Of a stretch of DNA of 64,000 nucleotides, positions 56,901 through 61,400 are shown piece after piece (the first letter of the stretch is position 1; the number at the start of each line of letters is the position of its first letter). The stretch spans positions 18,468-82,467 of the forward strand of contig CAZLTL010000002.1 of NCBI GenBank assembly GCA_964562525.1, given 5' to 3'. A program made the translations under genes and the position numbers. Under the pieces are notes generated by a model. That model was not told the DNA's origin. It was given only the letters and a program-made list of their open reading frames with translations, and searched no databases. Origin of the DNA: an uncultured bacterium. Its GTDB lineage: Bacteria > Omnitrophota > Omnitrophia > Omnitrophales > Aquincolibacteriaceae.

Positions 56901-57127
56901 GAGGGGAAGCGATTGAGTTTTCTTCTGTTCCGGGCACAAAAACATTACGCGGCAAAAAGATTGCCGCAGCGGATATTCGTACAGTCGAAGGCATGGCATC
57001 CGGATTTTTAGCCGCCATGGGTATGGAATATACCGAAGACAAAGGCTTTGTCCGCGTGACGAGCGGGATCGAAATCAGCCGCTTCTTCGAGTTTCTCTCT
57101 TGGCAAGTATTCGCTGCTTCAGCGTAA
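41969..57127 (+). CDS. giant (5052 aa) multi-domain, multi-pass membrane protein. Order: signal peptide; TraB/GumN/Tiki-like domain; TM cluster; SAM-MTase; LuxR-type HTH; GNAT; GDPD; CheR-like MTase; TM cluster; long alpha-rich C-terminal region. 17 R-S-E-A-R-type motifs
   Basis: Single 15.2-kb open frame. TTG at 41966 or ATG at 41969 with AAGGA 7 nt upstream. Signal peptide MMGRHQQFLKFVAIFVIMCLLAQDVAMA. Domains read from sequence: ITFILDAHDS...VLVFGGFHREGITEILRRNGFSYTVV (TraB/GumN GAGHL-like); LDLGSGAGKL (class I MTase); LSPLEQKVVAQLAQNPEISNQEIAKALNSSKPSVSNAIQRI (LuxR/sigma-4 HTH); RSQGYGRVM (GNAT); HRANTRDFIEAAYEAGADGFEMDIQMTKDGVMILNHD (GDPD); VLVLGSSSGEE...HLILANNVFYLL (CheR-like). Hydrophobic helix clusters at ~45050-45420 and ~52250-52500. 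Confidence 0.9.
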   Translation: MGRHQQFLKFVAIFVIMCLLAQDVAMALPSTQPEGRRPEAKGGSFSELRVPGSGLKIHSNLGNVDESFEGTNGKHITFILDAHDSLDAQKNIVRIIQQATNSGIKTVFEEGYEGELNTDDWFGAIEDDQILRKVSYYYLDQLKIGAAEFAHINRHRRLGRRPEATDQSSNASQSSRLRAPGPRVDWKLIGADDKEAYLENVRAFGDSEKVREQILRDTQAIQRELKVLGDKQLSPEAKKWILDYERFHDNSLPLLDYLGRWIKLAPENACPLLRRIVAAAQDPEIARSIQKTRASEVLSEIKTFEAAVEKHFFPNNQTAEIWQAWKTMAAVEKLAELKISNQDLSHLKNNLKALKTENLARQFARAKKNPVVISKRWEMLIQNALRFYELAHKRDEAVERTLKEWVRRPETGDPIKKTNLAPQASGLGPSKNSSAVLVFGGFHREGITEILRRNGFSYTVVIPKIIDFSKRHQALYREAMSVGPRGSGFRPQASVQAARPLSNFYDPAFGSEIRAAEETIKENPGRDLSASALLLHEKLSTTAAHGIAGGNLSRPSGSPNTRRLLNSEKLPGLRAASPGVGTVMPHARSESRAKKTVEQLVDEAEKLIRDETSIRGWWKENIQNANQNQAGKGSRSTNFSIAFGEIIPRPLREAKQLLERLNERFLAEQTEAYPTNAMNKLFFIFCGTYVSQKKNLWNKAFKQLPEDSQKIFNSAAKQHDGLKTLSNLSMYRDSVFKAMAEERDFKRADVLEAIKARQKFEHEIDALIWFSRVMKTPEAGKADPLDTFYRNYSKPLARDATATVYHELVRQVPREQITPEFRNAMTAYHDHLVEYRDAFIFILSEIDKHMPFRSESRQNKKANNAIPKEEEQKARQLQSRLEAYLPQLEKWSGEKKLSVRSAQAQNKAAVEMAALLNTYVADYVSKNKPNESVNVFRDSLGKSLQIWDIETHVFVGGDKDKNLPGDIRGDLVRVRDFIKTMRVHLDADRWQTLSDYYDGNRLHLEKIAGRSEAREPEKLSIRSIFHPKHFWYSTGLFAFFKIADSLFLKWRTLTIGEPDYWKPLDWITSVTYPLSIANIGFYFLFLWRSSSWNEAVTQKVAHIILTGVPTLFFVLEFVGPYIFPSGMTGHIFDPDDAAAVLLSGVILRLLHSTKLPPAKRSEARDLAAPDKEAVQRVFDKVTEGNPLSAEDLEIAVRQAVAESRAWLIGRVKNAMSADELKKIQEEAAAKKTDENEIILSGKNCAGQCGYSSADVMNRLYSILGDKALIRRIQAHDEFGVKQRQKHLFVLAALPDQSKSFLIDLTFTQFLNSGWLPLDLIGRELKNRDGKREAQGLSSLLLHGYVDLNRNKDFLTDYAYSFISGSEDDDAHYPAQFLPADLITLAPNAISRPLSDFLTLDVNSEAAFETALQERELNFDLLAQERRERLKEMFLKYAARSEVRGLSQAEAEKISKLHAIYMDVMRNKSGAWKDGAEKVESAGFLVTGVGYYPIDTDNELEHLLAIFPKIRDKTNSSQPLRFLDLGSGAGKLLVQALMLDSNLNGVGIEYDQVLHEASLDLAEEAAKQKLISRERARFLKGDFSAPEFEKEISSADVLFHYQASSFDPAPLEQALIRSMRPGTKLLVYGSSRDYFRRLSADLGFERVFDEAARVITYKRNFMPREPISYQDTAVVFVHTAGMGDHSLPLALDNRRVIKDAVKAMQNLGGKELEFHIDGHPSYLPPRPDRIRSRQKNTAALTSPFSYDFDPVRKAQRFVMAGGECEACFQAALTSLLEEGNEEATPKEIHLAADAVYQVVPVLNEDDPRGVHNESAPVSAEHLLKMVEQTAALKQLRNSSEVTRPQYFLNGSPASSKTKIIIWSNHREMIDWIRTDQKRSEAREAAAIPVRPANLTVKKFDRAPAALKHWVTKAEEEPWGVLEENSPPFVLQDGVLTLALGEDNAKYFFRPFPERTLGLETVQINESWTEEGQIRFTVVKKLPGNRLIVKGFVVSNESEEVSISAKTKIRVRKILELKENIAGRVAGGTVYPQSVIAAETPKRKILPTFLPVEKVVVPTVEIAQVANIPENSPVKMVARKKLAVIAALPADFDWEKLSAQLPAFEKNELLGETTERGYFNLRVGEKMVYVMTNLGVKDKREVFVRSAEVIGKGYRLVLGFSGTDQTTTLWMGHFRTRAFDQAANSKTGTEIFEILDEETWTEKFFAELLLKPDEKSWEEILKPFGNEIAMNLGKVYQNGFRKVKLGDDLWAEISVAPHKYAGYSIQVVSVRPEDDLLRVELFLTSPDGLTNVTLIRYVSSEKEKAQSKGAALGKEVFYRRLLTEADSIDLRAGKEIARKTKREENAAIFQALPADFIATLSPLEQKVVAQLAQNPEISNQEIAKALNSSKPSVSNAIQRIRFKAKVRNLIPKLEEKIGRSEARILDYEKVSDMELTDSVRQAWFAKYKLGMVEHALEIIDFSGNTRDARKDVGTQAYGFSLPGDSKGVFVAFPFAQMEGERDNGYFALFDQQGEMVGEGLYSAAVISDSKRKILTLRFQVLPEYRSQGYGRVMTEAIRYFADQLDSEMQLFFHFNSDEVNNLALRKSLTGLGFQEIPQVSHMMQLPRLASSRSEARGTDSQDLDRLAYLWGQYTEALKENPVQRSHAGTAFSRWLMTQSALDLGAGAYSFVDTLKNLGNPNTYRMDTKPVRHSDWGTYATHLQQSFYNPWPLGDESLKIIYSHWALGGEVPGLYPSAWDMPLEKNPDATFANELKRTLHPDGFAYFELGFEPNPDLVRALRRAGLHVQSPPEHAEDFGEQSLAVIVTKKPFADVINQIQAELEANNPRLAENVNQEVRGMRSEARPTENFKPQVIQHRANTRDFIEAAYEAGADGFEMDIQMTKDGVMILNHDPFQIGNAAHFSVELNYSELKAANPELLTLKDALNLPVLRQKTAYLHVNNLATMPSVREKLKQKGKEALLDNYDVRAVSAIQKEIQNSAGLSRLVFSSFDVKQLLLLRKEAVSARFILDTDYGANDPEINQVLDLAAEYKLTGVGLPGERITVDLLQDVNARGLQADYGASPEILRALMPLKTGNLVVVDDVAATRKILTSEEEEKAHSKMRAVRLNGELRPTQSSFLERHDPQWKILREQYLDGILQRAKQDAGDSKNPVIKVLVLGSSSGEELVRAYYEIVTYLESRGEKLARTAADEGWKLQITGIEKDDVVAERARKNLQGETPFFAYDLDVEPNRTYIEALLQRVSRDSDLVAEAIEVRTQNAVEALKETDSAHLILANNVFYLLGSVYPREDRAAIELLSRRFRNSVIATTYDWNTQIYALGGKPGEKELPFVRAESKTLAKYIPDETAYLFFSPNPDFNLVASLRSEARGFFTKAWNLASSRDARLKVAQNWLEKGLVDLEERKEITKDEAQKLLSAARENRDVGVLLEILGIHLILKVTPHPGAFGTTAAMTGLATGQWWLVPLYFLTGIFRGIATFALIRKTKLPHKWFLILGSVIPVAGNFSVPAYMLRQPELRQTGKAMMAVAKLRLKQKARIIPSHDKRSEMREFKAEWNEEALTQIEKANPGTRAKILQVLEIPLSQLVLDQDYDDQDGRSVLIYLDEPVDFVDKQTGLRETIRTIKVKGAAFENEAVLPDFNLLRLDPGVAPDQAENIGRKLMEPSFTKEGRFLLTPKRPTAEGAMRLDMARQEYQISQKSFYAGLPVPIALGMAEFQNKNSDGTSAAAVILGVASARDLRVTNLIGFKTQAYLQSIAQPMDSAERAALKAFFEEDVVRLAGAQGQALRAFNDRGFIHPQFHLGNGGANIDLDEGLASIYLMDHEGSLERNKLTEAQFLGWLVLGLKQAAKRIHDLTDKRYYSGPKLNWTSAFIRGYFGRYADRPEIKKYLSPKNSALFIEDLHAILFDAEKQPVFEINSPLTRLLAQMYGLKELRRSEARNALEIFDEAADNLLAYPKALLHSRGLEPYLDAFDREHYVWDEAQQHWASKDFHPTITGAKRLTLGSWEDIQRASPDEHARMKNFVAIRLNTTEGVRSFYAFDDHGWSLQAYAEAHWRREVPAFGNTQIFIDKHGDDRKVHGGQHYKEMFQAMLRQSPSANNDIDFDMGGFNNTLWFSGFIPKENHHRYHANMGWFREMLAGFPSNQAVLLNVDTDATEFIVGEWKNETPLGLGEDDFESLAIDLTNLRDKYSLTPLTAHFTTTHFENENLADFSLHSNRIQYGDTELARFLPRVAPFIYFVKDQPVELRDQAIEQAAQEHAAQWERDFGAKFNRSEMRKHEISAELFFVRSFQEKWARRTFIEQHWLLRAIARGLELSSQDAAFWVLEWDFAKFAVLNRLAQNLKRFKGLKQEDLARGMSFETLIFDVMEDIRDPEYRFVRKFLGWEEPPADFFRMADEAVSRVSDYVKLLEPDQARYGAWVIRNAALDYQSYFDYLVNVIGRDDFFEFDSEVEKIEQKFILSRRSEMRADWNDEIGLWSSPQVIERLSQFVLDPLSVSLWRLKASAWRIPESDVNSVRDEVLRRSKEWPRAAIFQREDFSALSFLHLPWSYLKARSALMDDPDRFAVYSLWEELESLSKKIRESRIYTYETIRTAARYSGIWGHGTASSVLREARSDYERWRFRAVHDHDLEDEWAMLNIMIEGEISAGEGAPFAGMELSGNTPDSWGPFWILTRGFESFYQFHPSGREDHWAYLVPNQAAIDFFERGLELAVSKKLMTEEDRQDVCSKLVTYDEFNALEELLWNIRDQKISISEAVAQAGVTRSVRSESRASSNDTVDEVQLAKNEERYAQIMKTALKRVKPGQTGELVEIDSGLSAEEDAQFDQELKQLSVYFAEAGDSAKAAVMFWLIKSDEMAADLAKDVISLKGLGEDRQVMIRTTSPPSALLRAGELRTTNSHSQAVSGTKSRILISRTELGSMSEENFKAFYKFFYQNQELELSVYGSGSKNPEEETRVGLLEAVPSAKTGRVSFFLDPSSAAQGGEAIEFSSVPGTKTLRGKKIAAADIRTVEGMASGFLAAMGMEYTEDKGFVRVTSGIEISRFFEFLSWQVFAASA

Positions 57128-57235
57128 AGGCTGACTGTGGGCGGTTTTCCGAGTCTCAATGCTTTGCTCCTTGTCCTTTGTCCTTTATTCCCTTTATAAT
57201 GCGCGCTCTTCCAGCCAATTTTTTTTAGGAGTTTT

Positions 57236-58333
57236 ATGGGTTTTAAGTGCGGTATCGTCGGGTTGCCCAATGTCGGCAAATCCACAATTTTTAATGCGAT
57301 CAATAAAGAGTCGCGCGCGCAGGCGGCGAATTATCCGTTTTGCACGATTGAGCCCAACAAGGGAATTGTTCCCGTTCCCGATAACCGCCTTGAAGTTCTG
57401 ACTAAGCTGATTAAACCGCAAACCAAAGTTCCGACCACGGTTGAGTTTTATGATATCGCCGGATTGGTTAAAGGGGCGGCGGAAGGCGAAGGTCTCGGCA
57501 ATAAATTCTTAACCCATATTCGCGAAGTCGAAGCGATCATGCATGTGGTGCGCTGTTTTGAAGACGCGAATATTTTGCATGTTTCCGGCAGCGTGAACCC
57601 CGCGCGCGACATTGAAGTGATTGATACCGAGCTTTGCCTGAAAGATCTTGAAACCATCGGCACGCGTTTTACCAAGAATGAAAAGCTCGCGCGCAGCGGC
57701 GATAAAGAAGCTTTGGCGATTCAGCCCACTTTAGACAAAATTAAAAAAGCACTCGAGGCAGGCACGCCTTTGCGCAAAATCGGTCTCACCGAAGATGAAA
57801 AGTTTACGGTGAAAGAATGCAGCTTTCTGACTTTGAAGCCTGTGTTTTATTGCGCAAACGTGGCTGAGGGCGATTTGCCCAATGGCGGCCCGCTTGTCAA
57901 TGAAGTGCGCAAAATCGCAGATGCCGAAGGCGCGAAAGTGGTTGTGATCTCCGGTAAAGTGGAATCTGAAATCATTGAGCTTTCTGAAGAAGAACAAAAA
58001 AGTTTTCTCGAAGCCTTAGGCCTTGAAGAGCCCGGCATGCATAAGCTGATTCGCTGCGGATATGAAACTTTGAATTTGATTACTTATCTTACCGCTGGTG
58101 AAAAAGAAGTTCGCGCCTGGACGATTATGCGCGGTATGACCGCGCCGCAAGCTGCTGGCGTGATTCATAGCGATTTTGAGCGCGGTTTTATTCGCGCAGA
58201 AGTCATGAGTTATGAAGACTTGGTTGCCTGCGGTTCTGAAAAAGCCGTTAAGGAAAAAGGCCTCCTTCGCGTCGAAGGCAAAGAATACGTCGTCAAAGAC
58301 GGCGATGTTATGTTGTTTCGCTTCTCAGTCTAG
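57236..58333 (+). CDS. ychF: ribosome-binding ATPase YchF (Obg family)
   Basis: 365 aa. G1 GIVGLPNVGKST. TGS domain. Typical YchF length. Confidence 0.95.
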   Translation: MGFKCGIVGLPNVGKSTIFNAINKESRAQAANYPFCTIEPNKGIVPVPDNRLEVLTKLIKPQTKVPTTVEFYDIAGLVKGAAEGEGLGNKFLTHIREVEAIMHVVRCFEDANILHVSGSVNPARDIEVIDTELCLKDLETIGTRFTKNEKLARSGDKEALAIQPTLDKIKKALEAGTPLRKIGLTEDEKFTVKECSFLTLKPVFYCANVAEGDLPNGGPLVNEVRKIADAEGAKVVVISGKVESEIIELSEEEQKSFLEALGLEEPGMHKLIRCGYETLNLITYLTAGEKEVRAWTIMRGMTAPQAAGVIHSDFERGFIRAEVMSYEDLVACGSEKAVKEKGLLRVEGKEYVVKDGDVMLFRFSV

Positions 58334-58386
58334 CTCGCCACATTCAAAAACGATCAACTTATAGCGTTGCGATCTTTTTACATTCT

Positions 58387-58410
58387 ACAACCTTTGCAAA
58401 GTTGTTTTTT
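58387..58410 (+). terminator. Rho-independent terminator after ychF
   Basis: ACAAC-CTTTGCAAA-GTTGT stem-loop followed by TTTTTT. Confidence 0.5.
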
Positions 58411-58469
58411 ATGTGCCAATCAGGTACTTTTTACCAATACACTTCCGTATTAAAAAAATTAAAAGAAAT

Positions 58470-61400
58470 ATGTATCAAATCCTAAGTAACAATTTGGGCA
58501 AGCACTTAAGGCTGGTTTTTGCGGTCTTTTTCTTTTGTGCCCAGGTCTTTCCGGAAGTCTTACCCGCGTTTGCGCAATCATCCGCTTTACCGGTTGCGCA
58601 ATTTCATTTGCCCGAGGAAGAGGGTCATGTTGAAACTGTGTTTGAGGGCCGGAATTCCGGCTGGGTTGCGATTATCAAAGATGCGCACGCGATTCCTCAA
58701 ACCCAAAATTCAATTGCCCAAATTCTGGAACGCCTGGAGCAATCTTACGGGGTGGATTGGGTCGGCGCCGAAGGTGCGGCAGGAATTTTTCAAACACAGC
58801 TTTTTCGATCTTTTCCCGACCCCCGTGTTTTAAAAGAAAAGCTGAGCGATTTTATCAATCGCGGCGAGCTGGGAGGTGCCGCGATTGCGGCATTAAATTC
58901 AAAAGGAGCCGCTGTTTTTGAAGGGATAGAAAATCCGCAAACCTATGAAGCCGGATTGCGCGATTATCAGCGCTCGCGCAAAGATTTGGAAGCTTGGCAA
59001 AGTTCTCTCAGCCAGCTCGAGCGCGAAGTTGTTTTGCTTAAGAAGAAACACTATTCGCTGCGCGCCCAAAGCTGGGACTTTAAGTTTGCGCGCCTGGACG
59101 CGCCCGACCCTGAAGCGCGGGCATGGGCGGGCGCTTTGCTTGAAATGCGCCGCCGCATTCCTTACTTTTCAAAAAAATATCCAAATTTAAACGCAGTTTG
59201 GACTGAAATGCGAATTTCGCGCGCAGGAGCGGATTCTATGCGGCCGCGGATCCAAAATTGGAAAGAGGCGATGGAGCAAATAGACCCGGCTCTGAGACAG
59301 CTTGCGGCATGGCAAGCTGATTTTCAGACCTGGAGAACGGGCAGTATAAGTGATGCGGAATATGCCGTCCGCTTGCAGGCTTTCTGCGACGCGCGCGAGC
59401 TAAAAATGAATTTACCGGAAAGTTTATCCGCACTTGTGAGTTTAGGCGGTCGTCTTAAAGCTTTGCGCGGCGGAGCTTGGGTTCAAGAGTGGCGCCTGGC
59501 TCGAGCGGAAGCTGAGAAGCTTGTTTTTGCGGGCCAAGCTGAAAAGCAGGTTTTTGAATTGGATCAAACCTTAACAAAATTAAAAAAAGCAGTCGATCTC
59601 AAAATCAGCCGAGACGAATGGATTCGCCTTTCGCAAAATGAAAACAGAAACGGCAACGCAAGCGGCGTTCATGATGCAGAAATTGAGGCGGCTAAGACGG
59701 AGCTTCAAAATTTAAATCAGCGGTTTTTGGAATCCGCAGCGGCTGATTTTTATAAAGGTGCGGTGAAGCGTGAAGATTATTTTGAAAATAAACTGGCGCA
59801 AAGCTTAAAAGCTAAAAAGGGTCGGCGAGCCGCGGTTGTTTTGGGCGGATTTCACGCCGAGGCACTTGCCGACAGCTTGCGTAAAAAAGGAATTTCATTT
59901 GTTGTCTTGATGCCGGCGACCGGCGCTATTCCGGAAACAACGCTTTATGAAAATTTGATGCGCGGAGAGGTTTCCTGGAGTCCTTACTTCAAAATTGTGA
60001 ATGGCCGCATCCGAATTTACGAATCCTTTGCCGCCGCAATGATTCACCGATTATTGAACTTAAATCAGCAAAAACAAAAACCCGAACAAGTTTTAGCTCA
60101 CTTCAAAAGTTGGCGCGAAAATTTGATACGCGGCATTCTGAATTCGCGGCAAAGCCAAGAGGCTTTAAGTGCGCTAACTTTGCTTGACCGGGAAATCTTG
60201 TCATCGCTTTACGGTGAAGCATTTGAAACGGCTCAGGCGAAAGCTTTGAATCAGCTCGCGCCATCTTCCTTTAAAGATGCTCAGGGTCTTTTTCGTGCTG
60301 CTTCCGGCATGACGCTTCAACCCTGGGCCGCGGCACCGCTTGGAGATTTGGATGCGGCGACTATGGAAGCGCGGGTGATTGCTCCTGAACTCGATGTGAC
60401 GGCCCGGTCGGAGTTTCGCGAAGACGATGAATCGGAAGAAGGCGAGACGGGATGGATTCATTTGTCTGCCTGGACTCTGGCCGTTATCAGCGCGGTTGTT
60501 ATCGGTTGGCAAGTTTGGAAAATGTACGAAAACGCGGATCGGTTTTATACGCGCCAAGCAGAACTTAAAGCCGCTGAAGTTCAGAAACAGCGGCTGGAAA
60601 TCGAATCCAAGAAAAAAATGGAAGAGCGCCGCCGCGAACTTCAATTACGTAAAACAAAAGCAAAGAACGCACCTTTTGAAAGCAAACCCAAAGAACAAGC
60701 TTCGGCACGCTCCGAGATGCGCGTTATGCCGCGCGAGCGCAAGGTGTCGGATCAAGAACTGTCTCAACTTTGGAAAGCCAAGCTTGAGAGTGACGGATCT
60801 TTTTCAAAAAAAGTTTCCAATCTTGAAGATCTTAAAATAATCAGTGATTCCGCGCAGGAAAAAGGCTATGTGATTGTCCTGCCTTCGGTTGCTTCGGTAG
60901 AGCAAATGCTGCAGCTTAAATTTCCGGCAAAGATTCGTATTTACCCGCGGCAAGTTGAAGCGGAGAATTTTGAAAAGGCGATGGAAGTCATGCTCGAGCG
61001 TCAAATTCGTGCGGGGCGCGTGGTGGAAAAGGAGGGTGTTTTAAAGTGGCAGCCGTTCATGCAGATTTTTGAGGACGGAAAAACGGTGATTTATGTTGTG
61101 TATCAAAAGGGAAAGCTGGTGCCTGAGCTGTTTGAAGGAGGCGTGCCCGCGGAAATTCAAAAAAATGCGGACCATGTTTTTGTGTTTAATCCCGGCCGCG
61201 CTAAGCGTCCGGGAGCCGCCGCACCGGCCGCGCAAAAACTCCCTGACGATCACCCTGATTTAAATCCTCCCGCGAAAACAATCGAAGTGGCGCCGCCCTT
61301 TATTGAAAGCCAAATTCCCGAGCAAATGTTTTTTTGGTCTGCCGCGGAAGGCGCGCAAGATCTGAGTCAGCGATGGATGGTGGTCGTGAACCGCTATCCG

